DNA of 64,000 bases from Phenylobacterium sp. (GCF_030646615.1 NZ_JAUSLG010000023.1:17985-81984); one strand, 5' to 3'. Positions 20,406 through 31,399 are shown, counted from the first letter of the stretch. Notes: a model not told the origin generated them from the letters alone. A program made the numbers and translations.

Positions 20406-21716
20406 CTAGTTGTAGATCGGGAACCGGCGGGTCAAGGCCAGCACCTCGTCGCGGATCTTGGCCTCGACCGCCGAATTGTCACCCCCGGCGGCCAGGCCAT
20501 CGACCACCTCGGCGATCATCTGGCCAATGCGGCGGAACTCGGCCGGGCCAAAGCCCCGCGAGGTGCCGGCCGGCGAGCCCAGGCGCAGGCCCGAGGTCTG
20601 GGTGAAGGGCAGCGGGTCGAACGGGATGCCGTTCTTGTTGCAGGTGATGTTCGCGCGTTCCAACGCCGCCTCGGCGTCGGCCCCGGTGACGTTCTTGGGC
20701 GTCAGGTCCACCAGCATCAGATGGCTGTCGGTGCCGCCGGACACGATCTTCAGGCCGCGGGCCGCCAGGGCGTCGGCCATGGCCCGGGCGTTCTCCACCA
20801 CCTGGCGGGCATAGAGCTTGAACTCGGGCCGCAGCGCTTCGCCGAAAGCCACAGCCTTGGCGGCGATCACGTGCATCAGGGGCCCGCCCTGCAGACCGGG
20901 GAAGACGGCCGAGTCGATCTTCTTGGCCAGCTTCTTGTCGTTGGTCAGGATCATGCCGCCCCGGGGGCCGCGCAGGGTCTTGTGGGTGGTGGTGGTGACC
21001 ACATGGGCGTGCGGCATGGGATTGGGATAGGCGCCGCCGGCCACCAGGCCGGCATAGTGGGCGATGTCCACCATCAGGATGGCGCCGACGCTGTCGGCGA
21101 TCTCGCGGAACCGGGCGAAGTCGATCTCACGGCTATAGGCCGAACCGCCGGCGATGATCACCTTGGGCTTGGCCGCCAGCGCGACCTCGGCGGCCTCGTC
21201 ATAGTCGATCAGCTGGTCCTGCTGGCGGACCGCATAGGACACCGGGTGAAACCATTTGCCCGACTGGTTGACGTTCTTGCCGTGGGTCAGGTGGCCGCCC
21301 GCCGCCAGGTCCATGCCCATGAAGGTGTCGCCTGGGCTCATGGTGGCCATGAAGACCGCCTGATTGGCCTGGCTGCCGGAGTGGGGCTGCACATTGGCGA
21401 ACTCGGCGCCGAACAGGCGCTTGGCCCGCTCGATGGCCAGGGTCTCGGCCACGTCCACCTCTTCGCAGCCGCCGTAGTAGCGCTTGCCCGGATACCCCTC
21501 GGCATATTTGTTGGTCAGGACCGAGCCCTGGGCCTCCAGCACCGCACGGGACACGATGTTCTCGGAGGCGATCAGTTCGATCTGGTCCTGCTGGCGTTTG
21601 AGTTCGCGGCCGAGGACCTCGGCGATCTCGCGGTCACTCTCGGCCAGGCCTTGGGTGAAGAAGGCGTCGGCGGCGGAGGCGGTCTGGGCTTGTGCGGTCA
21701 AGGGCGGGGCTCGCAT
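20406..21716 (-). CDS. glyA: Serine hydroxymethyltransferase
   Basis: The 436-aa ORF has [39 protein letters not shown] and the PLP-Lys region [16 protein letters not shown]. Confidence 0.96.
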   Translation of the reverse strand: MRAPPLTAQAQTASAADAFFTQGLAESDREIAEVLGRELKRQQDQIELIASENIVSRAVLEAQGSVLTNKYAEGYPGKRYYGGCEEVDVAETLAIERAKRLFGAEFANVQPHSGSQANQAVFMATMSPGDTFMGMDLAAGGHLTHGKNVNQSGKWFHPVSYAVRQQDQLIDYDEAAEVALAAKPKVIIAGGSAYSREIDFARFREIADSVGAILMVDIAHYAGLVAGGAYPNPMPHAHVVTTTTHKTLRGPRGGMILTNDKKLAKKIDSAVFPGLQGGPLMHVIAAKAVAFGEALRPEFKLYARQVVENARAMADALAARGLKIVSGGTDSHLMLVDLTPKNVTGADAEAALERANITCNKNGIPFDPLPFTQTSGLRLGSPAGTSRGFGPAEFRRIGQMIAEVVDGLAAGGDNSAVEAKIRDEVLALTRRFPIYN

Positions 21717-21873
21717 CGGAATCTGCTGGGGGCGGAGGCGCCTTTTACTCCCATTCCCGCTCGGGTTCCAACCGCTCGCGCAATCTGTGGGAACGAAGTC
21801 TGATCGCCGGCGTTTCTCGCACGCTCAAGCGTCGTCCGGCCTGTCGCCGGTTCAGTATCCAGAGGGGAACAAT

Positions 21874-22302
21874 ATGAGTGTTGACCGCGGCCTCACAGAG
21901 CGTTCGAGCGACATGCTGCGCCTGGGCGTCGATATCGTATCGGCCTATGTGAGCCGCAATCCTGTCAGCACAGACGCCGTGCCCGACCTGATCCGTGCGG
22001 TCCACGACACCCTGGCGAACCTTGGCGAGCCCGAGCCCGCCCCGCCGGAAGAGCGCCCCAAGCCGGCCGTGCCGATCAGCAAGTCGGTCCAGGACGACTA
22101 CATCGTCTGTCTTGAGGACGGAAAGCGGCTGAAGATGCTCAAGCGCTATCTGCGCTCCCGCTACGATATGAGCCCCGAGGACTACCGCCGCCGCTGGGGC
22201 CTGCCGCCGGACTATCCGATGGTGGCGCCGACCTATGCCGCGCGGCGCTCGGACTTCGCCAAGCAGATCGGCCTGGGCCGCGGGGTGCGCCGGCGCAGCT
22301 AG
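21874..22302 (+). CDS. mucR: MucR/Ros family zinc-finger transcriptional regulator
   Basis: The 142-aa ORF has DIVSAYVSRNPVS... and DYIVCLEDGKRLKMLKRYLRSRYDMSPEDYRRRWGLPPDYPMVAPTYAARRSDFAKQIGLG. The ATG at 21874 is preceded by AGAGGGGA. Confidence 0.9.
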   Translation: MSVDRGLTERSSDMLRLGVDIVSAYVSRNPVSTDAVPDLIRAVHDTLANLGEPEPAPPEERPKPAVPISKSVQDDYIVCLEDGKRLKMLKRYLRSRYDMSPEDYRRRWGLPPDYPMVAPTYAARRSDFAKQIGLGRGVRRRS

Positions 22303-22316
22303 CGCCGGCCCGCCGC

Positions 22317-23546
22317 CTACGCAGCGACGCCGCCCACCCGCTGCACGTTGCAGTGGACCCAGAGGGCTTCCAGCGCCTTGGCCAGGTGATCGATCATCTC
22401 GTCGCTATGGGCCGGCGACGGGGTGAAGCGCAGGCGCTCGGTCCCCCGCGGCACGGTGGGATAGTTGATCGGCTGGACATAGACGCCGTAGTCGCTGAGC
22501 AGGATGTCGGAGATCATCTTGCAGTGGACGGGATCGCCCACCAGCACTGGCACGATATGGCTTTCCGACGGCATGACCGGCAGCCCGGCCTTGACCAGGC
22601 GTTCCTTGAGAGCCTGGGCGCGACCCTGGTGGGCGACGCGGACCTCATTGTGTTCCTTCAGATAGCGGATCGACGCCACGGCGCCGGCGGCCAGGGCCGG
22701 CGGGATCGAGGTGGTGAAGATGAAGCCGTCGGCATAGGAGCGGATCGCATCGATGATCACGGCGTCGGCGGCGATGTAGCCGCCCATGACGCCGAACGCC
22801 TTGCCCAGCGTGCCTTCGATGATGTTGATCTGATCCATCACCCCATCGCGCTCGGCGACGCCGGCGCCGCGGGGGCCATACATGCCCACCGCATGGACCT
22901 CGTCGAGATAGGTCATGGCCCCGTACTTCTTGGCCAGGGCGACCATGGCGGGCATGTCGGCGATGTCGCCGTCCATGGAATAGACGCTCTCGAAGGCGAT
23001 CAGCTTGGGCGCATCGGCGGGCGCAGCGGCCAGCAGCTCTTCCAGGTGCGCCAGATCATTGTGACGGAACACGCGGCGCTGCTCACGGGCGCCGGCGCGG
23101 ATGCCGGAGATCATCGAATTATGGTTCAGCTCATCGGAAAACATGATGAGCCCGGGCAGGATCTTATAGAGCGTCGAGAGCGAGGCCTCGTTGGACACAT
23201 AGCCCGAGGTGAACAGCAGGGCGGCTTCCTTGCCGTGCAGGTCGGCCAGCTCGTGCTCCAGCTCCACATGATAGTGGGTGGTGCCGGAGATGTTGCGGGT
23301 GCCGCCGGAGCCGGCGCCGGCCTCGTCGATCGCCTGCTTCATGGCCTCGATCACGACCGGGTTCTGCCCCTGGCCGAGATAGTCGTTGGAGCACCAGACC
23401 ACGATGTCCTGGGCCTCGCCGTCGGGCCGCGTCCAGGTGGCGCGGGGGAAGTTCCCGCGATGACGCTTCAGGTCGGCGAAAACCCGATAGCGGCCTTCGG
23501 CGTGCACACGCTCGAGGGCGTTGTGGAAAGCGGTCCTGTAATCCAT
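22317..23546 (-). CDS. hemA: 5-aminolevulinate synthase
   Basis: [34 protein letters not shown]...[14 protein letters not shown]... and the PLP-Lys region GTLGKAFG are typical of alpha-oxoamine synthase-type ALAS in alphaproteobacteria. Confidence 0.92.
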   Translation of the reverse strand: MDYRTAFHNALERVHAEGRYRVFADLKRHRGNFPRATWTRPDGEAQDIVVWCSNDYLGQGQNPVVIEAMKQAIDEAGAGSGGTRNISGTTHYHVELEHELADLHGKEAALLFTSGYVSNEASLSTLYKILPGLIMFSDELNHNSMISGIRAGAREQRRVFRHNDLAHLEELLAAAPADAPKLIAFESVYSMDGDIADMPAMVALAKKYGAMTYLDEVHAVGMYGPRGAGVAERDGVMDQINIIEGTLGKAFGVMGGYIAADAVIIDAIRSYADGFIFTTSIPPALAAGAVASIRYLKEHNEVRVAHQGRAQALKERLVKAGLPVMPSESHIVPVLVGDPVHCKMISDILLSDYGVYVQPINYPTVPRGTERLRFTPSPAHSDEMIDHLAKALEALWVHCNVQRVGGVAA

Positions 23547-23665
23547 CGACACGAAATCCGGCTGCACGCTCGACGATCTCACGCCGCAGCCGGTCCCCTA
23601 AAGATTCCGCCCGGCTTTTCGCACCGGGTTCGGAGCATGTCTATAAGGCGCTGTGTCGCGCCGGC

Positions 23666-23679
23666 TTGATCTGCGTCAA
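23666..23679. promoter_or_regulatory. Candidate FNR/FixK-type box TTGATCTGCGTCAA upstream of hemA
   Basis: The palindromic half-sites TTGAT-N4-GTCAA have one mismatch to TTGAT-N4-ATCAA and match TTGA-N6-TCAA. The site lies 120-133 nt upstream of the hemA ATG. Confidence 0.3.
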
Positions 23680-23703
23680 CGAACGCCTGTTCTTCGCCGA
23701 CCG

Positions 23704-24600
23704 TCAGGTCAGCAGGTCCAGTCGCCCGCGAAGCATCTGAATTAGGCCCGAAAAGTCCTTTTCGCCATAGCCGAGACGGTCAAACAGCGCATAAAGCGCC
23801 TCGGCCTGCGCCCCCAGGGGCGTTGCGGCCCCCACCGCGGCCGCGGCCCCCTGGGCCAGCTTCAGGTCCTTCAGCATCATGGCGGCGGCGAATCCCCCCT
23901 CATAGCCGCGGTTGGACGGCGCGGCCTCCACCGGCCCAGGCCAGGGACAATAGGCGCTCAGCGACCAGCATTGCCCCGAGGAGGCCGAGGCGATCTCGAA
24001 GAAACGCTCAGGGTCGAGCCCCAGCCCCTCGGCCAGGGACAGGGCCTCGCAGACCCCGATCATCGAGACGCCCAGCAGCATGTTGTTGCAGATCTTGGCC
24101 GCCTGCCCCGCCCCAGCCTCGCCGGCCCGCACGACGGTCTTGGCCATCGGCGCCAGCGCCGTCTCCACCGCGGCGAAATCGTCGTCGCCACACCCGACCA
24201 TGAAGGTGAGCGCGCCCGCAGCCGCCGCGGCGACGCCGCCGGACACCGGCGCATCGGCCGGTCGCAGGCCGGCCGTCTTCGCCTGGCCGGCCACGGCCCG
24301 GGCGGTGTCGACATCGACGGTGGAGCAGTCGATCACCCGCGCGTGCCTGGCGGCGGTCGGCAGGATCGCCTGGTCATAGACGTCCCGCACGTGCGCCCCC
24401 GCCGGCAGCATGGTGATGACCACCTCGGCGTCTTCGACCGCCGCCGCCGCCGTGTCCGACGCCTGCGCGCCCGCGCTTACGGCGCGCTGAAGGGCCTTGG
24501 CGGACAGATCGAAGGCCTGCACCTCGTGGCCGGCCGCAGCCAGGACCGCGGCCATGCCGCCGCCCATATTGCCCAGGCCGATGAAGGCGTAGCGGGTCAT
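23704..24600 (-). CDS. mmsB: 3-hydroxyisobutyrate dehydrogenase
   Basis: The 298-aa ORF has YAFIGLGNMGGGMA (Rossmann fold), and both its HIBADH-family core and its length fit. It is clustered with the hydrolase and ACAD genes of valine catabolism. Confidence 0.82.
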   Translation of the reverse strand: MTRYAFIGLGNMGGGMAAVLAAAGHEVQAFDLSAKALQRAVSAGAQASDTAAAAVEDAEVVITMLPAGAHVRDVYDQAILPTAARHARVIDCSTVDVDTARAVAGQAKTAGLRPADAPVSGGVAAAAAGALTFMVGCGDDDFAAVETALAPMAKTVVRAGEAGAGQAAKICNNMLLGVSMIGVCEALSLAEGLGLDPERFFEIASASSGQCWSLSAYCPWPGPVEAAPSNRGYEGGFAAAMMLKDLKLAQGAAAAVGAATPLGAQAEALYALFDRLGYGEKDFSGLIQMLRGRLDLLT

Positions 24601-24663
24601 GCGCCCCTCGCGAGACTGGCGGTTTCCATGGCGGTTCTCCCTTGGTGGCGGACGCGCGCCGCC

Positions 24664-25722
24664 TTACTCCAAGGGTAGCGGTCGCCAGGTCTGGGCGGAA
24701 GGCAGGGGGGCGAATATCTCATCGAGCATGGCCTCGCTGACCCCTTCGAGGCTGGCGGGGTTCCACCGCGGCGCGTTGTCCTTGTCGATGATCACCGCCC
24801 GCACGCCCTCGATGAAGTCGTAGAGACCGACTACCCGGGCGCCGATGCGGTACTCCATCTCCATGTTCTCGGCGAAGGTCTTGGCCTGGGCGCCCAGGGC
24901 CAGCTGGCGGAAGGCGACCTTCAGGGTCTGGGGCGACTTGGTTTTCAGCACTTCAAGCTGGGCGGCGGCCCAGGCGCCGCCATCGGCGTCCAGGGCGGCG
25001 AAGATCGCCTCGACGCTGTCGCCGCCAAACAGGTGGTCCATCTCGTCGCGATGCAGCCCCAGCGGCGGCCGGCCGGGATCGGCCTCCAGCAAGGTCAGAT
25101 GCGTCTCGACCGCAGCCGGGTCGGCGATCACCTGCGCCTTCAGGCGCTCGATACTGGCGGACTCCACATAGTCCGTGGCCAGGCCCAGCAGTTCGCAATC
25201 TGCCGCCTTGAGGCGGGCGCCGGTCAGGGCGAGCCACAGGCCAGACTTCCCCGGCAGTCGCGGCAGGTGCCAGCCGCCGCCCACGTCGGGGAACAGGCCG
25301 ATGCCGGTCTCGGGCATGGCGAAGCTCGTCCGCTCGGTGGCCACCCGGTAGCGGGCCGGCAGGGCGAGGCCCACGCCGCCGCCCATGGTCACCCCGTCCA
25401 TGATGGTCATCACGGGCTTGGGGTACTCGAAGATCAGATGGTTCAACCGGTACTCGGTGAAGAAGAACTCCCGGGCGGCGAAGCCGTCGCGGGCGCCGCT
25501 CTGCGCCAGCATGCGAATGTCGCCGCCGGCGCAAAAGCCCCGCTCACCGGCATGATCGATCAGGACGAAGTCCACGGCCGGGTCACCCAACCAGTCCACC
25601 AGGGCGTCGATCATGACGCGACACATGTCGGTGGTCAGGGCGTGCAAGGCCTTGGGACGGTTCAGCGTGATCCGCCCAACCGAGCCCTCGATGCGCGTCA
25701 GGACGTCGGGCTCGTCGGTCAT
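24664..25722 (-). CDS. Enoyl-CoA hydratase/isomerase family protein, probable 3-hydroxyisobutyryl-CoA hydrolase
   Basis: The 352-aa ORF has [15 protein letters not shown]...[12 protein letters not shown]...[19 protein letters not shown]. The length is typical of the ECH_2/HIBCH subgroup. Confidence 0.8.
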   Translation of the reverse strand: MTDEPDVLTRIEGSVGRITLNRPKALHALTTDMCRVMIDALVDWLGDPAVDFVLIDHAGERGFCAGGDIRMLAQSGARDGFAAREFFFTEYRLNHLIFEYPKPVMTIMDGVTMGGGVGLALPARYRVATERTSFAMPETGIGLFPDVGGGWHLPRLPGKSGLWLALTGARLKAADCELLGLATDYVESASIERLKAQVIADPAAVETHLTLLEADPGRPPLGLHRDEMDHLFGGDSVEAIFAALDADGGAWAAAQLEVLKTKSPQTLKVAFRQLALGAQAKTFAENMEMEYRIGARVVGLYDFIEGVRAVIIDKDNAPRWNPASLEGVSEAMLDEIFAPLPSAQTWRPLPLE

Positions 25723-26855
25723 CGAAACAGCTCCCGGGCGATAATCACCCGCATGATCTCGTTCGTCCCCTCCAGGATCTGGTGGACGCGCAGGTCGCGG
25801 ACGATCCGCTCCAGCGGGTAGTCGGCCAGGTAGCCATAGCCGCCGTGCAGCTGCAGCGCCTCATTGGCCACGTGGAAGCCGGCGTCGGTGGCGAAGCGCT
25901 TGGCCATGGCGCAGAGCTTGGTGGCGTCGGGCCGTCCGGCGTCCAGGGCCGCAGCGGCCCGCCTGACCATCAGCCGCGCGGCCTCCAGTTCGGTGGCCAT
26001 GTCGGCCAGTTTGAACTGCAGGGCCTGGAAGTCGCGGAGCGGTCGGCCAAACTGCCGGCGCTCGGCCAAATAGGCCTGGGCGGTGTCGAGGGCGAGCCCC
26101 GCGCCGCCCAGGGAGCAGGAGGCGATGTTCAGCCGCCCGCCGTCCAGGCCCATCATGGCGAAGCGAAAACCCTCCCCCTCGCCGCCGATCCGGTTGCCGG
26201 CCGGCACGCGCACGCCGTCGAAGTTCACCTGGGCCGTGGGCTGGGCGTTCCAGCCCATCTTCCGCTCCCGCGCCCCGAAAGAGAGCCCCGGCGCGCCGGC
26301 CTCCACCACAAAGGCCGAGACGCCGGCGGCCCCGGCCCCGCCCGTGCGAGCCATCACCACATAGATGTCGGAGGTTCCGCCGCCGGAGATGAAGGCCTTG
26401 GCGCCGTTCAGCACATAGGCCTCGCCGTCGCGGACCGCGGTCGTGGCCAGGGCCGCGGCGTCAGAGCCGGCCCCCGGCTCGGTGAGGCAGTAGGAGGCCA
26501 CCAGCTCCATGGTGGTGAGCCGCGGCAGATAGCGGGCGCGAAGCTCAGCGTCGCCGAACCGGTCGACCATCCAGGCGGCCATGTTGTGGATCGTCAGATA
26601 GGCCGTGGTCGCCACGTCCCCATAGGCCAGGGCCTCGAAGATCAGCGAGGCGTCGAGGCGCGACAGGCCAGATCCGCCGACATCCTCCGAGAGATAGACG
26701 CCGGCAAATCCGAGCCCGGCCGCCTGGCGGAGGGTCTCCACGGGAAAATGGCCCTCGCGGTCCCATTGCGCCGAAAAGGGCGCCAGTTCGGCGGCCGCGA
26801 AGGCCTGGGCGGCGGCCTGAAGGGCGCGCTGGTCCTCTGAGAGCTCGAAATCCAT
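25719..26855 (-). CDS. Acyl-CoA dehydrogenase (isobutyryl-CoA dehydrogenase-like)
   Basis: [13 protein letters not shown]...[14 protein letters not shown]...[39 protein letters not shown] matches the ACAD family. The start is trimmed from the track ORF to the ATG at 26855 (378 aa). Confidence 0.88.
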   Translation of the reverse strand: MDFELSEDQRALQAAAQAFAAAELAPFSAQWDREGHFPVETLRQAAGLGFAGVYLSEDVGGSGLSRLDASLIFEALAYGDVATTAYLTIHNMAAWMVDRFGDAELRARYLPRLTTMELVASYCLTEPGAGSDAAALATTAVRDGEAYVLNGAKAFISGGGTSDIYVVMARTGGAGAAGVSAFVVEAGAPGLSFGARERKMGWNAQPTAQVNFDGVRVPAGNRIGGEGEGFRFAMMGLDGGRLNIASCSLGGAGLALDTAQAYLAERRQFGRPLRDFQALQFKLADMATELEAARLMVRRAAAALDAGRPDATKLCAMAKRFATDAGFHVANEALQLHGGYGYLADYPLERIVRDLRVHQILEGTNEIMRVIIARELFR

Positions 26856-26927
26856 GGCCGTGGCCCTCCCTGGGCTTGAGGAAGTTGCGCGGGCGGCGCA
26901 CCCTGTCAACGACAGGGGGAGATCAGA

Positions 26928-27407
26928 ATGACCTTCAACAGCAGCGGGGCCAGCTCCGTCGAGTCGTCCCGCAATCTTGCTCTCCTCAACTACGCCCTGA
27001 TGTTCGCGGCGGTGTTCTTCGCCGGGGTGCCTGCGCTGGCGGCGGTGATCATCGCCTATACCCAGCGCGATTCGGCCGCCGAACCGGCGCGCAGTCATCT
27101 GGGATTCCAGATTCGCAGCTTCTGGGTCGCCTTCTTCCTCGCCTTGCTGGCCGGGATCTGCGGCCTTGCCGCGGTCATCCACATCCTCGCCTCGCTCTAT
27201 GGTCTCGCCAACACGGCCGGGTGGGGCGGCATCGATCAGATGGAGGTGGTGATCGGCCAGGTGGCCATCGACGCGACCCTGCTGTTCCTCATTGTCGGCG
27301 CCATCGCGCTCGGCTTTCTGTCGGGGCTCTGGCTGATCGGCGCCTCCATCGTCGGCGCTATCAGGCTTGCGTCGGACAAACCGATGGGTAAGAGCCGGGT
27401 CCCATGA
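26928..27407 (+). CDS. Integral membrane protein of unknown function (DUF4870-like); its stop overlaps the hemB start
   Basis: The 159-aa ORF has about 4 hydrophobic segments ([28 protein letters not shown]..., [20 protein letters not shown]...). Its stop overlaps the hemB ATG at 27404-27407. The alternative 26876 frame is a shadow. Confidence 0.55.
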   Translation: MTFNSSGASSVESSRNLALLNYALMFAAVFFAGVPALAAVIIAYTQRDSAAEPARSHLGFQIRSFWVAFFLALLAGICGLAAVIHILASLYGLANTAGWGGIDQMEVVIGQVAIDATLLFLIVGAIALGFLSGLWLIGASIVGAIRLASDKPMGKSRVP

Positions 27408-28420
27408 CCCTGCCTCCCCTCGCCGCCTACCCCGCCCTGCGCCTGCGCCGTCTGCGCCAGGCCGACTGGATCCGCAGCCTCGTTCGCGAAACCGTCCTCA
27501 CGCCGTCCGACCTGATCTGGTCGATGGTGGTCCACGAGGGCGAGGGCCAGGTTCCGGTGGCCTCCATGCCCGGGGTCGCCCGACTTTCGGTGGCCGAGGC
27601 CGCCAAGGCCGCGGTCGAGGCTCGCCAGCTGGGCATCCCGGCCATCGCCATCTTCCCGCACATCGACATGGCCCGGAAAGACGCCTCAGGCTCCCTGGCG
27701 GCCGATCCGGACGGGCTGATCTGCCGGGCGGTCAAGGCCATGAAGGACGCGGCGCCCGAGGTCGGAATCATGTGCGACGTGGCGCTCGACCCCTTCACCG
27801 ACCACGGCCATGACGGCCTGATCGAGAACGGCCGCATCCTCAACGACGCCACCATTGAACGCCTGGTCGAACAGGCCCTGGTCCAGGCCAGGGCCGGCTG
27901 TGACATCCTGGCCCCCTCGGACATGATGGACGGCCGGGTCGGCGCTCTGCGCACGGCGCTCGAGGCCGAGGGCCTGCAGGACGTGATGATCATGTCCTAT
28001 GCGGCCAAGTACGCCTCGGCCTTCTATGGCCCCTATCGCGACGCCATCGGCTCGGGGAAACTGGGCACGGGCGCTGTGGATAATCCTGGGGACAAGAAGA
28101 CCTACCAGATGGACCCGGCCAATACCGAGGAGGCCCTGCGCGAGGTCGCCCTCGACATCGCCGAGGGCGCCGACATGGTCATGGTCAAGCCGGGCCTGCC
28201 CTATCTCGACATCCTTCGGCGTCTGGTGGAGGCCTACCGCCTGCCGACCTTCGCCTTCCAGGTGTCTGGCGAGTACGCCATGATTAAGGCCGCCGGCGCC
28301 AATGGCTGGATCGACGAGGATCGCGCCATCCTGGAAAGCCTGGGCGCCTTCAAGCGCGCCGGCGCGGCCGGAACCATCACCTATTTCGCCCCCCACGCGG
28401 CGCGCCTGCTGGGGGCCTGA
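27404..28420 (+). CDS. hemB: Porphobilinogen synthase (delta-aminolevulinic acid dehydratase)
   Basis: The 338-aa ORF has [18 protein letters not shown]...DLIWSMVV, the active-site region [17 protein letters not shown] and [11 protein letters not shown]. Confidence 0.94.
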   Translation: MTLPPLAAYPALRLRRLRQADWIRSLVRETVLTPSDLIWSMVVHEGEGQVPVASMPGVARLSVAEAAKAAVEARQLGIPAIAIFPHIDMARKDASGSLAADPDGLICRAVKAMKDAAPEVGIMCDVALDPFTDHGHDGLIENGRILNDATIERLVEQALVQARAGCDILAPSDMMDGRVGALRTALEAEGLQDVMIMSYAAKYASAFYGPYRDAIGSGKLGTGAVDNPGDKKTYQMDPANTEEALREVALDIAEGADMVMVKPGLPYLDILRRLVEAYRLPTFAFQVSGEYAMIKAAGANGWIDEDRAILESLGAFKRAGAAGTITYFAPHAARLLGA

Positions 28421-28423
28421 TCT

Positions 28424-29290
28424 TCAGGTGACGGCAGGCCGCTCCAGGCGGGCCACCAGGCTGGAGGTGTCCCAGCGGGCGCCGCCCATGGCCTGGACCT
28501 CGGCATAGAAGCTGTCCACCAGGCGGGTCACGTCGAGGCGTGCGCCATTGTCGGCGGCCTCATCCAGCACCAGGCCCAGGTCCTTGCGCATCCAGTCGAC
28601 GGCAAAGCCGAAGTCGAACCGCCCCTCGGCCATGGTCGGCCAGCGGTTGTCCATCTGCCAGGACTGGGCCGCCCCCTTGGAGATCGCGGCCAGGACGTCA
28701 GCCGGGTCGAGCCCGGCGCGGGTGGCGAAATGCAGGCCCTCGGCCAGGCCCTGGACGACTCCGGCAATGCAGATCTGGTTGACCATCTTGGTGAGCTGGC
28801 CAGCGCCCGCCGGTCCCATCAGCTTCACCGCCTTGGCATAGGCGCCGACCACAGGCTCGGCGCGGGCGAAGGCGTCAGGTTCGCCGCCGCACATGATGGT
28901 CAGCTGGCCCGCCTCCGCCCCCGCCTGGCCGCCAGACACCGGCGCATCGATGAAGCGCGCGTCCGCTCCGGCGCAGAGCTGCGCCATGTCCCGCGCCAGC
29001 CTGGCCGAGGTGGTGGTGTGATCGATGATCACCGCTTGGGGCGCCAGGGCCGGCAGGGCCTGCGTCACGACCGCGCGGACATCATCGTCATTGCCGACGC
29101 ACAGGATGAGCATCTCGGCGCCCTGCGCGGCTTCGGCCGCCGTCGCGCCGGCCCGCCCGCCATGAGTCTCCACCCAGCGGGCCGCCTTTTCCGGGCTACG
29201 GTTAAACACCGCGACCTCGTGCCCGGCCTTGGCCAGATGGCCGGCCATGGGAAATCCCATCACGCCCAGGCCCGCAAACGCCAGTTTCAT
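28424..29290 (-). CDS. NAD(P)-dependent oxidoreductase of the HIBADH / 6-phosphogluconate dehydrogenase NAD-binding family
   Basis: The 288-aa ORF has MKLAFAGLGVMGFPMAGHL...DAPVSGGQAGAEAGQLTIMCGG...AGAGQLTKMVNQ. Confidence 0.8.
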   Translation of the reverse strand: MKLAFAGLGVMGFPMAGHLAKAGHEVAVFNRSPEKAARWVETHGGRAGATAAEAAQGAEMLILCVGNDDDVRAVVTQALPALAPQAVIIDHTTTSARLARDMAQLCAGADARFIDAPVSGGQAGAEAGQLTIMCGGEPDAFARAEPVVGAYAKAVKLMGPAGAGQLTKMVNQICIAGVVQGLAEGLHFATRAGLDPADVLAAISKGAAQSWQMDNRWPTMAEGRFDFGFAVDWMRKDLGLVLDEAADNGARLDVTRLVDSFYAEVQAMGGARWDTSSLVARLERPAVT

Positions 29291-29386
29291 AAGTTTCGAC
29301 CCTCTTCAGACTCATCGACTGGCAACGCCATCTTAACGAGCCCCGCGTCTCCTTGCGGCTCAATTAGCGTTAACCGGGGTGGGGCG

Positions 29387-30295
29387 ATGGCGTCGGGCGA
29401 GCGGCCGATCGTTATCAAGAAGGTCAAGAAGGGCGGCGGCCATGGGCACCATGGCGGCGCCTGGAAGGTGGCCTATGCCGACTTCGTCACCGCGATGATG
29501 GCCTTCTTCCTGCTGATGTGGCTGATCAACACCACCAGCCCGGAGCAGAAGCGCGGCATCGCCGACTATTTTGCGCCGGCCAGCATCTCGTCGACCACCT
29601 CGGGCTCGGGGGGGATTCTCGGCGGCACAGCCCTGGGCGCCGACGGGGCCAAGTCATCGGGCTCGATGTCGATCATCGAACAGATGTCCCCCGAATCACC
29701 CAATCCGGAAGAGGACGGCGAAACCCAGGATCCGTCGGCCAAAAGCCAGCTGCAGGAAGCCAGCACCGAGGCCCTGCGCGAGGCCCTGCAAAAGCGCGAA
29801 GAGGCCGCCTTCCAGTCCGCCGCCCAGTCCCTGCGCCAGGCGCTGCAGGACATGCCCGAACTGGCCGAGCTGTCGAAGCACATCATCATCGACCAGACGC
29901 CCGAGGGTCTGCGCATCCAGCTGGTCGACCAGGAAGGCCGCTCCATGTTCGCCGAAGGCTCCGGCCAGCCTAATGACCGGGCGCGCCTGCTGCTGCGGGC
30001 GGTCTCGAAGGTCATCAACCAGTTGCCCAACCGGGTCAGCGTCTATGGCCACACCAGCGTCAACGCCGACGGCGCCCGCGCCGAGGGCGACTGGGCGTTG
30101 TCGGCGACCCGCGCCGACTCCTCGCGCCGGGTGCTGCAGGCCGCCGGCGTCGCATCGGACCGAATCTACCAAGTCTCCGGCAAGGCCAATTCCGAGCCGC
30201 TCTATCCGGACGACCCGACCCTGCCGGGCAATCGCCGGATCGCCATTGTCCTGCTGCGGGAGGCGCCTGTGCTTCCCCCGGATGTTCGGCCCTGA
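29387..30295 (+). CDS. motB: Flagellar motor stator protein MotB (OmpA-like C-terminus)
   Basis: HGHHGGAWKVAYADFVTAMMAFFLLMWLINTTSPEQKRGIADYF is the MotB plug/TM signature. A C-terminal OmpA-like region follows (LSATRADSSRRVLQAAGV...NRRIAIVL). The start is trimmed to the ATG at 29387. Confidence 0.82.
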   Translation: MASGERPIVIKKVKKGGGHGHHGGAWKVAYADFVTAMMAFFLLMWLINTTSPEQKRGIADYFAPASISSTTSGSGGILGGTALGADGAKSSGSMSIIEQMSPESPNPEEDGETQDPSAKSQLQEASTEALREALQKREEAAFQSAAQSLRQALQDMPELAELSKHIIIDQTPEGLRIQLVDQEGRSMFAEGSGQPNDRARLLLRAVSKVINQLPNRVSVYGHTSVNADGARAEGDWALSATRADSSRRVLQAAGVASDRIYQVSGKANSEPLYPDDPTLPGNRRIAIVLLREAPVLPPDVRP

Positions 30296-30408
30296 GCCAG
30301 GTTTCGAATCGCGACCGAATAGCTCACCGAAATGTGTCGGCTTGCCTGAGAGCCAGACATGGCTCCTAATCGGTTCCTCCGCAGGGGTTCGAGGGCGAAC
30401 GCAGGTCC

Positions 30409-31170
30409 GTGACGCAGCATTTCCCGACGCGACAGCTTAGGTTCTTCCTGACCGCGCCGTCGCCTTGCCCCTACCTGCCGGGTCGTTTCGAACGAAAGGT
30501 GTTCGCGCACCTGCCCATGGCCGACGGGCCCGGCGTCAACGACTCGCTCACCCAGATCGGCTTCCGACGCTCCCAGAACATCGCCTATCGGCCGGCCTGC
30601 GAGGCCTGCGTCGCCTGTGTTTCGGCCCGCCTGCCGGTCGAAGACTATGTGTTCTCGCGATCGGAGCGGCGCATCCTCGCGCGCAACCACGACATCGTTC
30701 GCTCGGTCGTCGAGGCCGAGGCGACCATGGAGCAGTTCGATCTGCTGCGGCGCTATCTGACGACCCGCCACGCCGAGGGCGGCATGGCCGAGATGAGCTG
30801 GCCCGACTATGTGGCCATGGTCGAGGACACCGCCGTCCGCACCCATCTAGTGGAATATCGCATCCAATCCGACGACGGCGGCCCCGGCGACCTGATCGCC
30901 TGCGCCCTCATCGATCTGATGTCCGATGGGCTGTCCATGGTCTACAGCTTCTATGACCCGGCCGAGACCCGCCGCAGCCTGGGCTCGTTCATGATCCTCG
31001 ACCATGTGGTGCAGGCGGGCCTGATCGGCGTCCCTTGTGTCTATCTCGGCTATTGGGTGCGGGGCAGCGACAAGATGGACTACAAGGCGCGCTTCTCGCC
31101 CATCGAACTCCTGCGCCCCGAGGGCTGGGTGCGGATGAGCAGCCGCGAGGCGCTGGGCCCCCGCGGCTGA
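30409..31170 (+). CDS. bpt: Arginyl/aspartyl/glutamyl-tRNA--protein transferase (Bpt, ATE family)
   Basis: The 253-aa ORF has CPYLPGRFERKVF...GFRRSQNIAYRPACEACVACVSARL...LSMVYSFYDP...SLGSFMILDHV...YVYLGYWV. It uses a GTG start. Confidence 0.85.
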   Translation: MTQHFPTRQLRFFLTAPSPCPYLPGRFERKVFAHLPMADGPGVNDSLTQIGFRRSQNIAYRPACEACVACVSARLPVEDYVFSRSERRILARNHDIVRSVVEAEATMEQFDLLRRYLTTRHAEGGMAEMSWPDYVAMVEDTAVRTHLVEYRIQSDDGGPGDLIACALIDLMSDGLSMVYSFYDPAETRRSLGSFMILDHVVQAGLIGVPCVYLGYWVRGSDKMDYKARFSPIELLRPEGWVRMSSREALGPRG

Positions 31171-31180
31171 TCCCCCGACC

Positions 31181-31399
31181 CTAGTCGCGGGAGCCTTCCA
31201 TGGTGAAGCCGACCTTCAGATAGACCTGGAAGTGGCCCACCTGGCCGTCGACGATTTCGCCACGGGTGGCCGTGACCTCGTACCAGCGCATGTCGCGCAG
31301 GGACTTGCTGGCCTCGGAGATGGCGTTGCGGATCGCATCATCGATGCTGTCCTTGGACGACCCGACCAGCTCGACGACCCTGTAGACGTGCTCCGACAT
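31181..31399 (-). CDS. Dodecin family flavoprotein
   Basis: MSEHVYRVVELVGSSKDSIDDAIRNAISEASKSLRDMRWYEVTATRGEI.DGQV.HFQVYLKVGFTME is the classic dodecin sequence pattern (72 aa). Confidence 0.82.
   Translation of the reverse strand: MSEHVYRVVELVGSSKDSIDDAIRNAISEASKSLRDMRWYEVTATRGEIVDGQVGHFQVYLKVGFTMEGSRD

Noticed and set aside
21717-21873. The glyA 5' leader, checked for a ZTP (pfl) or other riboswitch.
   Set aside because: The minus-strand leader lacks the conserved ZTP elements (a GGGTCGTGACTGGCG-like 5' domain and a CCGCCTGGGC 3' domain), and I saw no other familiar riboswitch core.
29387-30295. motB without an adjacent motA, considered as a possible orphan or novel stator.
   Set aside because: motA and motB are known to be unlinked in Caulobacter-type genomes. 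The protein has the canonical MotB plug/TM segment and OmpA-like domain.
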